Virus record (IMG/VR): IMGVR_UViG_3300044647_001784
Location: 1-64,000 of that record
DNA from: a virus
Length of the DNA: 64,000 bases
Strand: one strand, 5' to 3'
The notes beneath the pieces are model-generated. The model did no database searches and was not told the DNA's origin. It was given only the letters and a program-made list of their open reading frames with translations. Position numbers and translations under genes: made by a program. Shown in pieces: positions 27,301-36,951 of this stretch (positions within the stretch are counted from its first letter, which is position 1; each line of letters begins with the position of its first letter).

Positions 27301-30300
27301 CGCTGCGCCAGTAGCAGCTTGCATTGCAGCTACAAATCCAGCAGACGCTTCTTTATTTTTCTTTGCGTAAGCCTCAACCGTTAATCCTGCTGCTGCAGCA
27401 TTTCCATATAAAGCAGTCATAGAATCATTTACTTTTTTAATTGCTGCTTGTTGCTTATCGTATCTATCTTTTAACTTATCTAAACTTTCTGCAGCAATTG
27501 CTGCTGCGTCTCCAAGCTTTTCTTGCTTGTTTGAAATAGCATCGGCGGCGGCCTTTAAAGGCTTAATTGCGGCTTCGGCAGCGGTATCTATTGCCTTCAT
27601 CTGGGCATCTGTTTGCTGCTGTGAAGTTAGTGACTCTAAATCAATTCTTAGACTTTGTGCCTTTTCCGTATCTCCGACTGCCTCTGCATTTTGTATCTCA
27701 AGTCTAACCTTTTCAATTTGTCTTCCAAGGTTTGCGTCCTCTTGTGCGGCAGATAATGCTTTCTTTCTTGCCTCTGCAAGCTTATTTATAGCCTCTATTT
27801 GTTTATTAAGTGCTTTTAGTCTATCTCTATCAGATATTTGTTCTGCAACTGATTGTCCCTTAAGAGCTTTTGTATAATTCTTAATTTGCTTTTCTAGTTT
27901 ATCAAGTGATGCGTACTGATCTTTTAATATTCCAACTCTGTTTTTTGCAACCACAGCATCAGATATTGCTGCAAACGAATCTGCAATAAGCTTTGTTTGA
28001 GCAGCATTTAATTGAGAAAGATCTCCATTAAATCCTTGGGCCTGTAATCTAATCTTTTGCCATACGCTTACTACAGTATCAGATCCATTAATCATCTTCT
28101 TTACTTCTGGATTTGCTTTTGCCATTTCATCAACTGTTTCTTGAGTAATGGCTGTGCGAGCCTCGCCAGACCTGTTAATTTTGTCTAGCATTATCTTTTC
28201 GGCTTCTGCGTATGTTAGAAGCTCTTTTTTACCACTTACATCTTTTGCTACTTCTCTTGCTCTCTTGGCCATCAAATCATTTATAGCAGTTTCAGTTGCA
28301 GTCAAAGCTGTGTTTAGTGACATAGCTCTTTCTTTGCTGCCCTGATCTCTTGTGTCCGCTCCAAAACTTGTTACAGCAGAAACTGCAGCACTTTGTGGAT
28401 CTGTAATATTTTTAAACTTTGCATTACCAATTGTTGCAGTAATTGATTGATCTTTTTTATTTGAAAGCTGAAGCATGGTGAAAACCTTTTTAGTTGCTTC
28501 ATCTGCAGACATGCCAGCTGCAATTAAAGACTCTTTAATTCTACGAACAGCATCTGGAACTTTTTCTGAAGGCTGTCTATCTAGAACTGCTATTTGCTCT
28601 GCAAATGTTTCTTTGACTTCCTTCTTAAGCTTTTTATACTCTGCAATTGTCATCTGGAATGGGGTTCCGCCATCCTTCATACTTTCATATACAAGCTTAT
28701 TTGCAGCAGCTAGATCTTCTGAGTCCTGAATAGTATCTTTTATCTTTGACCCGAAATCAGTAAATCTAAGACCAGCTTTTTTAGCAGCCTCTGCGGTTAA
28801 ACCAAAACTTTGTATGTTAAGTTCTTGTCCTCGTTTATAGTGTCCCCACATTTTGTATGCAGCATATCCTGCTGCAGCAACTGCAGCTAATGGCGCAACC
28901 AAGCCTGCTACTCCAGCGGCTGTTGCTGCAAGTCCTGCTTTTACAGCTCCTGCTGCAACTGCTTTACCAGCCATTGATGTAACTAATTTTCCAGCGCCTT
29001 GCATAATAGCTGGACCAGCCATCGACCCAACCATTGAGCCCATCATCATTCCATTTTGTCCACCAACAGCATTTCCTATTGCTCCACCTGCTGCCATTCC
29101 GCCGATTGTTCCAACTAGCATTCCGCCAGCGCCACTACCAAAAGGTCTATCTGGATCTGCTCCCATTCCCTTGCTCTTTAGGAATTGCAATGGGTGCATC
29201 ATTGCTGCAGTTGTATATTTTGCATTTGTTGAAAATGCTGTGCCTGCTCGTTTTGCTTTGCTTACACCTGAATCTTCTCCGAACGCAGCTGGTCCATATG
29301 ATTGCCCAACTCCAGCTGCGAGTGAGCCAGGAACACCATATGCTAATATTTGAGATCCGCCAGGGCTGTAAGTAGAAGTAAATCTTCTTACTGTCGAAGC
29401 AATTGAAGTTGAAGCTGCTGTAGATGTTGTTTTAATTGATGTTCCAAGTTTTTGAATACTTCCAGTTAATGCCATCATTGATGAATTAATTTCTGAGCCC
29501 ATCATTCTGGCTCTAACAACTAATTTGTCGGATGAAATCTTTAGCCTACTAGCAATAGATCCTATTGCAGAATCTATAGCCTGGTTTGCTCTTTGAAGAG
29601 GCACTGATGGGACATAAGGCAATGATCCTTGAATAGTTGGAACGTTTGTTCTTACCCCTCCATTTCCAATTATTGTTGTTGTTCCAACAGATAGTGGGCC
29701 AGGCTTAGGTGGTGTTCCAACAACTGGCATTGGAGTTCTAGATGCAGCAAGGTTATTTAAATAGAGCTGTCCCATAGCTCTTTGGCTTGGGTCTCCTGAT
29801 TTTAAAAGACGCTTTGCATGCTCTTTAGATGTAATCTGACTAACATCAGTAATCTTTTCACCATAAAAATCTTTACTTCGCTTAATTAATCCACCAAGTG
29901 CAAACTGTGGGATTATGTTGCCGCTTTGTAGCGGACTAAATATTTCTGGACCCTTTTCTCCAACTAAATAACTTTGACCTGGAGATACTGGTCCGCCCAT
30001 TTCTCTTTCTCCGTCAATGCCGAATATCTTTTTCTTAAGCTCAGCTGTGATTGGAGTATCTTTTTTAGAGTCCCAATTTAAATATCTTCTTTTAAGTATG
30101 TCTCTATCAATTGGTGACAGCTGCTTAAAAGCAGATCTGTCTGAAATTAAGTCGCTTGCGGCTTTTCTAATAACAGCATCTAGTGAACTTGGCTCAAGCG
30201 CATTTCTTAAAGATCCGTCTGGACCCTTAACATATCCGTAAGGCTTTTCTTTAGCTAATGCTGCAGCGAATTTGTCATATAGAAGTTTTTGTGAATACGG

Positions 30301-33300
30301 TCTTAGTCCAGTACTTGCAAATAAAGTCTCTGCTGCTTTAATAGATAAAGAGCTAACTCCCCATGGAGCTGACTCATACATGCTAGGCTTTGGTGCACCT
30401 GTTGGCCCAAACCCTGCACCAATTCTTCTCATTGCTAATGACTTTAGAACATTTATTATTCCTCCGCCATTAAATCCATTAAGCGGAGTTTTAAATGAAT
30501 TGTCGCTAAGAGATATAGCATGACCTCTCTGGCGTATTCTTAGCTCTGCTTCGTCTTTTAATTTCTTTAATGCTGCTGGTGTTAGTGCTTTAGGAGGAGA
30601 AACTTTTACAGCAGAGTGAATTCCATGAAACTCTTCCCAATTTACTCTTCTTCCTTCCTCTAATCTTTTTATCATTGCAGCATAAACTGCTGCCTCTGTT
30701 GGATTTAGGTCGCCAAACTTAGCAATTGTTTCTTTTAGTTTTGGAAGTACTTCATCAATTTCATCAATCATTTTTTGATGATACTGTTGTGGCGTCATGC
30801 CTTTTGGAATATTAAGAGTTGCTTCTGCAAAGAATCTCTTAGCTCCGCCTTTTACTCCAAGTAAATTGATCCGTGCCATCTCTTGCATAGACGGCATTTT
30901 GTCGATCCATTCTCCATCTTTCCATTCTCCATGGAATCTTCTCTTTCCAGAAGCTCTATCGTATACTCCATCTGTTCCTGTATCATTAACGTTTCTTCCA
31001 GATATGTTGTCTCTACTTAAATCTTTATCTCCTCTTAGGTTGGCAGCAACCAATTGTTTAAAGTAAGCTTTTTCATCAAACACCCCACTTTGAGTAGCAA
31101 AGGCTTTATCGTAAGGAGATTCAAGAACAATAAGTTTTCTTCTGCCAGCTGGATCTGTAGGGTCAATCATTGTTCTAATTTCTTGTGTAGGAGAGTGCAT
31201 TTCATGCCCACCCCTTACAATCATTGTCGCACGTTGTTGTGAAAGGGCTGCGTCTTCATCCATTACTGGCTTAACAAATACTTTTGATCCGTCTGGCTTT
31301 ATATATACTCCACCAATTCCTTCTACTGGGAAACTATGTCCAGTTGTAGGAGTATCAAGCTTACCGAAATTAGTTGGTGGCATTGTTGAATATTTACCAG
31401 TTCTAACTCCAGCATCAATTTCTTCCATAGTAAGTCTAGCTTGTCTTTGTTTTTCTACCTGCTTAATACTTCTAGGCATTCCGAGGAATAATCTTCCGTA
31501 GTTAAACTTTCCAGGCTTTACTTTTCCTCCGACAATTCCGCCTGAATTTTTTCTCTCTACTACATTTCTTTGTAATTCTTTTAGTTTCGCAGCAGATCCT
31601 CCTGCTGAAACTATACTTGAATCAATAAGCGGTATAAATGAATCAAAGGTTATGTCTCCCTTTTCATCTCCAATTTTCTTTGACTCTTTGCCCCTAAGAA
31701 TAGCTTTAATCTTTTGGTCAATTTCTTTTTCTGTATCTGCCCATTTTTCTTGAGGAACTCCAGATTTACGCATCAGCCTATCGTACTTGCCAGTTCGACC
31801 CATGTTTCTATCTAAAAAGTCTTTAGCTAAAAGTGTGCCTTGGTTTGCCTGCAAGTTAGATTGAGCGTCATAGTCAACAGTGTATTTGCTAACATATCTC
31901 TTTCCATTTATTACAACCGCTCTTGTTAAATGTGTTGCATGTATAATCTTGTTAAGGTCAAGAGGAGGTAATTCATTCTCAGCTAGTTTTTTAGCTAGTG
32001 CTCCTTTATTAGACTCTAGGTGTCCTGCTTCTATTGCAAATGCGTCCCTTCCTCTTGGTGCACCTCTTTCAGCAGCTTTTTTTGTAGTTTCTATAGAAGC
32101 AGAAAATTCTTCTATAACTTTTGCTGCTTTTCTTCTTTCAGATGGAGATAATGATCTCATGTAGTCATCTATAGCTGCATTTGTTGATGCGCCTCTAGTG
32201 ACCCAAGTTCTTCCTCCATATGATCCTATAATTTGCGTATCTCTTCCACGTGGATCTAGTCTTGTTTTATTTTTTTGCTCTGCAAGTTCAGCTACTCGTT
32301 TTCTATATTCAGATATCTTATCTTTAAAAAGTGGTCTTATAGTAAGTGCAGGAACTCCATAACTAGATCTAGACAGCTTAATTTTTCCTCCAGCTGCATG
32401 CTGTGGAAGAGGAACTCCATTATTTGCTGCATCTACTGCTCTGAAAAGTTCTGGGTTATCTTGAATGCCTGGACCAAATACTGTTTCTTTTGGTGTAAGT
32501 AAAGCAGTTATGTTGCTTCCAGAATTATCATATGTAGATGGTGCAGCTGCAACCAGTGGAGCATTTCTTGGATCCATTGATGCAGATTGGTTTAATACAT
32601 ATCCTCCTAGTGGAACATCTCCCATTCTGTCATCATATGTTATAGATGCTGGACCAGTAACCTGAGTTTTATTTGGGCCAAACGATTCTATTTTTCCGCC
32701 AGTATTAAATCTAGGCTTTGTTGTATGAATACTATATCCAGCACCAGAAGTTCTAACTCCCAAACCTCTTGCAATTGCATCCACCATTTTTGCAGTTTCT
32801 GTTTTGTGGAAAAGCTCTTTCATATTAGACTTTCCAGTTGCGCTTACAACTGGCTGGCTAGTTAATGGTACTGTAGTTAAGCTAATAGTTCTTGCTTGAG
32901 CGGCGGCAACACCTTGTGCTGTTTGAACCATCATTGCTTCAACCTGAGCATTTAATGCAAATATTTTAGCTCTTGCGGCTTCTACAGTAATCTTTCCAGC
33001 CTGCAGTTGTTGAACTATCAATGCTGTTTCATCTGCAGCAAGGGTAGTTATTCTTGTCATTTGTGGTAGAAGTGCCTGGTAAGAATCTGCAAGCGATGCT
33101 GTTATTGTTCCTGTTGCAGCAACTTCTGTCTTAAGTATTGCTAATTCTGCCTTTGATTGCATAGCAATTGCTGCAGTCATTGAGTGCCACTTGGCAGCTT
33201 CTGATGCAACTATTCCATTAGAAACTCCATTGACTGCAGTAACTCCATGAATTCTTGGAAGATCCTCGTGCATATATGTTTGTGGTGAATTTGAAAGTCT

Positions 33301-35415
33301 TAGATTTACTGGCTTAGGACCAGGAACTGTAGAGAATATTGTTTCATCTGCTCTTTGTTGAGGAGTCTTAGATCCAGTTGGTATAACATGTGACATGTCT
33401 CTTGAGTATGGCCTACCTACAAGAGGATTGTCTTTGTCTACAATTCTTCCGCCGCCCGAAAGCACTGTGCTTCCTCCAACTGTAGAAATTCCATTGGATG
33501 TCGCAACTGTTGCGCTCATAGCACTTGCTTTTAATCTATCAAATGAGGCTGCTAAAGTAAGTACTGCATCTGAGAATGTAGCAGCCGCCTTAGTATCGCT
33601 ATAGAATGACTGCTCTACAGTTTTAGCAGCAGCAGATGCTGCCATTAATTCTGGTGTTAATAATTTAAATCCAGTTCCGCCCTTACCAATATTTTTAAGA
33701 GCTAATACTCCCTTAATTATGTATCCAAAGAAGTTTGCAAGCACACCAGTAAGCATGATGATAGGACCAGCAATTGCTGTAAGCCCGCCAATAAATCCTA
33801 GTACTGCTTTAATTGGTGCTGGTAGATTCCCAATAAACTTTAAAATGCCATCAATAGCATTTAATACAAATGCACCAATTTTTAAGAACTGATCTCCAAC
33901 TACAGCCAGTTCTGCCTTAACAGATTCGAGTGCTCTTCTGTATTTACCAGATGCAGACTCTGTAAGCGCTGTTAATTCTCGTGCTGAAATTGCAGCTAAG
34001 TCTTGTGTACTTGCTTTCATCAAGTCTAAGACTTGAAGAGTCTGGCTTCCTTCTTTACCTAAGTTTTCGAATAAAGCATTTATTCTAGCAAACTGGAACT
34101 TTCCAAATAGCTGCTCAATTGCTCTTGCTCTTTGTAATGGCTCAAGTGAATCTAATGAATCCTTTAATGCCATTATTGTGCCAGTTAAATTTCCAGCATT
34201 TTTATTTACAATGCCAGATAAGTCTATGCCAAACCCCATGAACATTTCTTTTGCAACCTTTGTGGGGTTGATAACAGATGCTAAAGCAGACTTTAATGCG
34301 TTAGCACCTTCTGATGCATTAATTCCACCTTCACGCATAGCAGTTAAATAAAGTGCAAGGTCTTGTACATCTCCGCCCAAAGCCTGAACAACTGGTCCTG
34401 CTTTTGGAATAGCAGTTACTAAGTCATCTAGAGTAGTAGACGTCTGGTTTTCAACTGCGTTCAAGAAGTCAATAGACTCAGCAAGCTCCATCGTATTTTG
34501 ACCGAAGGCTGTCTGAATTGCAAGTGTGGCCTTCATGGCTTCTTGTCTATCTACTTCACCAAGAATTGCAAGTCTAGTTGTTTGTCTTGTAGAGTCTATA
34601 AGATCTGCGCCTTGTTTTCCAGTTGCAGCAATATCTGCTGCTAAAGCGATAGTCTCTGTAAAGTTTGCTCCTAGTCCAGAAGCTAATTCTCTAGAAACTG
34701 CCATAACATCTTTGCGAACTTGAAGAAGATCAGCGCTTGATGTTGCAGTTAATCCTCCGTAAACTTTTGTTAAGCGAGTTAATTCTTGATCTGCTTCTTT
34801 AAATGCTTTTGCTGCAGCCATACCAAATGCTGCTAAAGGAACTGTAAGACCAACTGTTAGCTGTCTACCAGCCCACTGTGTATTCTTACCCCAGTTAATT
34901 AGCTGATTAGATCCATCCATCATAACCTTATTCATGATGGCTAGCTCTTGTCTTAGAAGCGCTGACTTATTCTTTGTAACGTCTAGTCCAGATTGAACCA
35001 TTACGTTGTATTGCATTAATCCTTGTGCATTTTTACCAATAGGCTGAATTATTGCATTCTCAAGCATAACCTGCTGCTTGGCTAAATCTCTAACTAGTGA
35101 GCTAGTCTTTTGTGTATGACCTTGCCAAGTTCTAAAGTATTGGCCAAGCTTCATTCTTCCGCTATCTAGGTTTTGACCAAACTTAGATACGTCTGAAGTT
35201 AATGTTACAAAGTGTCTAGAGAACTGACCAGTGGAGCGCATGGTTTCGTCAAACTGACGATTCATGACTCCAACCTGGCTAGTCAGATTCTTATTTAAAC
35301 CAATTGTTGTAGCTTGGAGTTTTAAGAGTTGCTGAGTAACCGCTTGTAACTGCGCTGTTAGGCTAGAAAAATTAGCCGTCGCAGTTATGTTGGTTACTAT
35401 ATTTTGATCTGCCAA
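24337..35415 (-). CDS. Tape measure protein with extra modular domains (3692 aa, TTG start)
   Basis: N-terminal TMP core (GRQLTVGLTVPL...ENQTSTTLDDL...EGANALKS), follows the tail chaperones; AGGAG RBS. Confidence 0.92.
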   Translation of the reverse strand: MADQNIVTNITATANFSSLTAQLQAVTQQLLKLQATTIGLNKNLTSQVGVMNRQFDETMRSTGQFSRHFVTLTSDVSKFGQNLDSGRMKLGQYFRTWQGHTQKTSSLVRDLAKQQVMLENAIIQPIGKNAQGLMQYNVMVQSGLDVTKNKSALLRQELAIMNKVMMDGSNQLINWGKNTQWAGRQLTVGLTVPLAAFGMAAAKAFKEADQELTRLTKVYGGLTATSSADLLQVRKDVMAVSRELASGLGANFTETIALAADIAATGKQGADLIDSTRQTTRLAILGEVDRQEAMKATLAIQTAFGQNTMELAESIDFLNAVENQTSTTLDDLVTAIPKAGPVVQALGGDVQDLALYLTAMREGGINASEGANALKSALASVINPTKVAKEMFMGFGIDLSGIVNKNAGNLTGTIMALKDSLDSLEPLQRARAIEQLFGKFQFARINALFENLGKEGSQTLQVLDLMKASTQDLAAISARELTALTESASGKYRRALESVKAELAVVGDQFLKIGAFVLNAIDGILKFIGNLPAPIKAVLGFIGGLTAIAGPIIMLTGVLANFFGYIIKGVLALKNIGKGGTGFKLLTPELMAASAAAKTVEQSFYSDTKAAATFSDAVLTLAASFDRLKASAMSATVATSNGISTVGGSTVLSGGGRIVDKDNPLVGRPYSRDMSHVIPTGSKTPQQRADETIFSTVPGPKPVNLRLSNSPQTYMHEDLPRIHGVTAVNGVSNGIVASEAAKWHSMTAAIAMQSKAELAILKTEVAATGTITASLADSYQALLPQMTRITTLAADETALIVQQLQAGKITVEAARAKIFALNAQVEAMMVQTAQGVAAAQARTISLTTVPLTSQPVVSATGKSNMKELFHKTETAKMVDAIARGLGVRTSGAGYSIHTTKPRFNTGGKIESFGPNKTQVTGPASITYDDRMGDVPLGGYVLNQSASMDPRNAPLVAAAPSTYDNSGSNITALLTPKETVFGPGIQDNPELFRAVDAANNGVPLPQHAAGGKIKLSRSSYGVPALTIRPLFKDKISEYRKRVAELAEQKNKTRLDPRGRDTQIIGSYGGRTWVTRGASTNAAIDDYMRSLSPSERRKAAKVIEEFSASIETTKKAAERGAPRGRDAFAIEAGHLESNKGALAKKLAENELPPLDLNKIIHATHLTRAVVINGKRYVSKYTVDYDAQSNLQANQGTLLAKDFLDRNMGRTGKYDRLMRKSGVPQEKWADTEKEIDQKIKAILRGKESKKIGDEKGDITFDSFIPLIDSSIVSAGGSAAKLKELQRNVVERKNSGGIVGGKVKPGKFNYGRLFLGMPRSIKQVEKQRQARLTMEEIDAGVRTGKYSTMPPTNFGKLDTPTTGHSFPVEGIGGVYIKPDGSKVFVKPVMDEDAALSQQRATMIVRGGHEMHSPTQEIRTMIDPTDPAGRRKLIVLESPYDKAFATQSGVFDEKAYFKQLVAANLRGDKDLSRDNISGRNVNDTGTDGVYDRASGKRRFHGEWKDGEWIDKMPSMQEMARINLLGVKGGAKRFFAEATLNIPKGMTPQQYHQKMIDEIDEVLPKLKETIAKFGDLNPTEAAVYAAMIKRLEEGRRVNWEEFHGIHSAVKVSPPKALTPAALKKLKDEAELRIRQRGHAISLSDNSFKTPLNGFNGGGIINVLKSLAMRRIGAGFGPTGAPKPSMYESAPWGVSSLSIKAAETLFASTGLRPYSQKLLYDKFAAALAKEKPYGYVKGPDGSLRNALEPSSLDAVIRKAASDLISDRSAFKQLSPIDRDILKRRYLNWDSKKDTPITAELKKKIFGIDGEREMGGPVSPGQSYLVGEKGPEIFSPLQSGNIIPQFALGGLIKRSKDFYGEKITDVSQITSKEHAKRLLKSGDPSQRAMGQLYLNNLAASRTPMPVVGTPPKPGPLSVGTTTIIGNGGVRTNVPTIQGSLPYVPSVPLQRANQAIDSAIGSIASRLKISSDKLVVRARMMGSEINSSMMALTGSIQKLGTSIKTTSTAASTSIASTVRRFTSTYSPGGSQILAYGVPGSLAAGVGQSYGPAAFGEDSGVSKAKRAGTAFSTNAKYTTAAMMHPLQFLKSKGMGADPDRPFGSGAGGMLVGTIGGMAAGGAIGNAVGGQNGMMMGSMVGSMAGPAIMQGAGKLVTSMAGKAVAAGAVKAGLAATAAGVAGLVAPLAAVAAAGYAAYKMWGHYKRGQELNIQSFGLTAEAAKKAGLRFTDFGSKIKDTIQDSEDLAAANKLVYESMKDGGTPFQMTIAEYKKLKKEVKETFAEQIAVLDRQPSEKVPDAVRRIKESLIAAGMSADEATKKVFTMLQLSNKKDQSITATIGNAKFKNITDPQSAAVSAVTSFGADTRDQGSKERAMSLNTALTATETAINDLMAKRAREVAKDVSGKKELLTYAEAEKIMLDKINRSGEARTAITQETVDEMAKANPEVKKMINGSDTVVSVWQKIRLQAQGFNGDLSQLNAAQTKLIADSFAAISDAVVAKNRVGILKDQYASLDKLEKQIKNYTKALKGQSVAEQISDRDRLKALNKQIEAINKLAEARKKALSAAQEDANLGRQIEKVRLEIQNAEAVGDTEKAQSLRIDLESLTSQQQTDAQMKAIDTAAEAAIKPLKAAADAISNKQEKLGDAAAIAAESLDKLKDRYDKQQAAIKKVNDSMTALYGNAAAAGLTVEAYAKKNKEASAGFVAAMQAATGAAMPKYKERTYYNGSMLVTEKVPIAPYENALELLAKSGAATGVNTALVKALGDGATLKDVVDAVKGINGKPALRENIKVTGDYSDSKETKEYDGKKVQVLNAQARDAIRKRLDLQPGETFIVDGQRYRQNTTGGTPIWTGPAPKGPALHEGGKVSGPGTATSDSIPAMLSDGEYVFSAKAVDAAGGPDAVDSLHKALRRAEGGPVGKQKPQKQQLPFFPWRPDLPDYWSNGKPTGDPRTGRWGELRYNPSKGKDIWGGTEIPGLKFTGKTPQQSDYWHQMAEQPSKYRGPGMGIDKDPMRLAGSGASMGFSGNGAYGFGPLLFHKGGPVGHRHGRNLPEKQNWFQRYVSELTKSQKEAAGMLPSFMTSNNKADALGAGSILRKMAGQAESGDTLSSILFPLNFLGMGSARSALANPTANVAKQSSSLGAPLIRALSKIPSLGKDLLKLVTWNTLGKVKPLQNNLYKAIGLKPEGLIRKFKNAFDYTSTTGKSYFEDIVNRPPPPRRSGSGAPPGPANDDDWFTNLPPSKLHPMQALGEAAAAMKNKFINPVMTPLKNGVGKLTSMFSKENISQKLLKFSPKMISDFLYRYTPVGSIQALRSAKKMNMSKTTADTGLGLDLSLEELFKQDFYHGGNLPEDLLNRLTPSSKNVSLSGNIFNFDLFATVEKIMAREYAVGKNAEKGGSLWKTLFRVPEDMSKVWDMRGGAPSLWSQNKKGYAAVEKYFIDVLKMSREEARDMLAGERVPGVARLSKALIDRLSLFQGEYLNEAFAVNGKGGPKWLMDTIVHTGGKLTNSDTFHAVVATLDPENRIKLLKNILPKSELIKTHGVLDEFLPSTLERFIEQYEKYGKSFKPLLEGIWPAIHNSTSAATGGYISNGKLNVPKFKDGINVVPQDMLALIHKNESIIPATMNPFNPEAAMPRYNFDRPSFGIRGEGSSGASYTVNQNIYASDGMDVEALSNIIVRKAEAVIGQKAKVNVKMVGQGKNI

Positions 35416-35418
35416 CTC

Positions 35419-35784
35419 TTACTCCTTTTTGTATCCGAGGCCAGCTCCGATACCAAATCCTGCGTCTGATGCAAACTGACCTTGTAGCGAAACAACATCT
35501 GATGCATCTGCAGTAATTCCAAGTGCTTTTCTTTTTACATCTTCAAAGCTCTTGGGTCTTTCTTCTTCGCCGCCATCAAGGTCTACACCTTGTATTGCAG
35601 CTAAGAACTTTCTTTTTTCTGACTCAGACTTTTGCATAGATGTAAAAGTTTGAATCAGTTCTGGCATTGAAAGATTATCTTCCAATTCCTCGTAATTCTT
35701 ATAGTTTCCTATTAGAAATACTTCTCCTTCTAAGGCAGCTAGATCTAGTTCTGACCAGCTAGAACCGCTGCTGCTAGCAAATTT
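35419..35784 (-). CDS. Tail assembly chaperone, -1 frameshift extension (gpGT-like)
   Basis: The -1 frame is open from the slippery site: FASSSGSSWSELDLAALEGEVFLIGNYKNYEELEDNLSMPEL... Confidence 0.75.
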   Translation of the reverse strand, partial: KFASSSGSSWSELDLAALEGEVFLIGNYKNYEELEDNLSMPELIQTFTSMQKSESEKRKFLAAIQGVDLDGGEEERPKSFEDVKRKALGITADASDVVSLQGQFASDAGFGIGAGLGYKKE

Positions 35785-36077
35785 GGATCGTCCATCTTAA
35801 TGCCGCCGCATACTTCAAGGATACGATTAATTGTTGGTACATCTAATACGTCCTCGAATGCGTCTCTATCTGCAACTAATTCTGGAAGCTGCTTTTCTAG
35901 TGCTACTGCACAAGCATCAATAAGAATTGTTAAAGTTTCATCTTCTGTAGTTACTTCTGCTGTCTTACTAATAGCAGCCATAAACTTTCTAAGCTCTTTA
36001 ATTGTTAAAGGCTTTAGCTTTACGTTTGCCCCGTTTTGTAGCTGAATTTCTTCTACATCATATACTGTTGTTGCCAA
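35745..36077 (-). CDS. Tail assembly chaperone (gpG-like, TTG start)
   Basis: Lies between major tail and tape measure; LKPLTIKELRKF; AGGAGG RBS. Confidence 0.8.
   Translation of the reverse strand: MATTVYDVEEIQLQNGANVKLKPLTIKELRKFMAAISKTAEVTTEDETLTILIDACAVALEKQLPELVADRDAFEDVLDVPTINRILEVCGGIKMDDPNLLAAAVLAGQN
35778..35784 (-). other. Programmed -1 frameshift heptamer A AAT TTG
   Basis: In-frame XXXYYYZ within CCA AAT TTG near the chaperone end; connects to the open -1 frame. Confidence 0.7.
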
Positions 36078-36139
36078 TTTAAATCCTCCTAGGATCTCGT
36101 CTTAATTATTGTATCATATCAGAAATACCAATACAATAG

Positions 36140-36169
36140 CAAAACCCCCTAATTTCTTAGGGGGTTTTG
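36140..36169 (-). terminator. Rho-independent terminator after major tail gene
   Basis: CAAAACCCCCTAA-TTTC-TTAGGGGGTTTTG. Confidence 0.85.
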
Positions 36170-36186
36170 TAATTAATTATTATTAA

Positions 36187-36951
36187 TTATACTGCTAGAA
36201 CGCGGTCTACGATGAAACCATATTCTTGGCCGACCTTTGCGCCGTCTGGTAGCAAACGGAATGTAACTGGGAATGTTGATGCTGCGTTACGAGCCAAAGA
36301 GAACTGTGACTGTTGTACAGAAAGAACACGACGTGCATAGTATACACGCTCAGTTAGAGTTGCTTCAGATGTTGGTGCCTGACCTACTGCAATAAGTTGA
36401 CGCTCTGTTGGCTGCTCACCAAGAGCTCCACCTGCAAGTCCAAGCTTGTCCTCTGCTGCTAAACCAGTAGCAACAGTCTGTCCTGTCATCTTAGGTACTA
36501 ATGTGCTTGAACGCTGACCGAATACTGCTAGAACGTTCTCAAGAGTACCTTCTGCCATTTCTGTTGCGATCATAACTTCCATTGACTCCTTGAAAAGCTT
36601 TGCTGTATCAAGAAGCTGATCTACTGTTACTGAACCGTATGATGGGTTGTATGTAACCTGAAGACCGTTATTTGTAAAACCTACGTTGCGATAAAATGCA
36701 CCCTTGTCATCAAGAGCTGGTGCTGTTGCGCCAGTTGCTGATGTTGCTACATCTACTGCATTCAAAGAATCAATGTATGATGTTGCTGACTTAAATGCTG
36801 GTACTGTCTTGTTCTTGTTTGCTGCAAAAGCATTAAGAACTCCTGCTTCAGCATTTGGGACGTAATCTGAATCGGTAACATCTGTCACTGAAAGAAACAG
36901 TGGTGATGCACCAACAAGTATGTTTTTTGCATTACCTGTAATTTGTGCCAT
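36187..36951 (-). CDS. Major tail tube protein
   Basis: NILVGA...VGFTNNGLQVTYNP...VDQL...FPVTFRLLP; strong RBS, own terminator, expected position. Confidence 0.85.
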   Translation of the reverse strand: MAQITGNAKNILVGASPLFLSVTDVTDSDYVPNAEAGVLNAFAANKNKTVPAFKSATSYIDSLNAVDVATSATGATAPALDDKGAFYRNVGFTNNGLQVTYNPSYGSVTVDQLLDTAKLFKESMEVMIATEMAEGTLENVLAVFGQRSSTLVPKMTGQTVATGLAAEDKLGLAGGALGEQPTERQLIAVGQAPTSEATLTERVYYARRVLSVQQSQFSLARNAASTFPVTFRLLPDGAKVGQEYGFIVDRVLAV

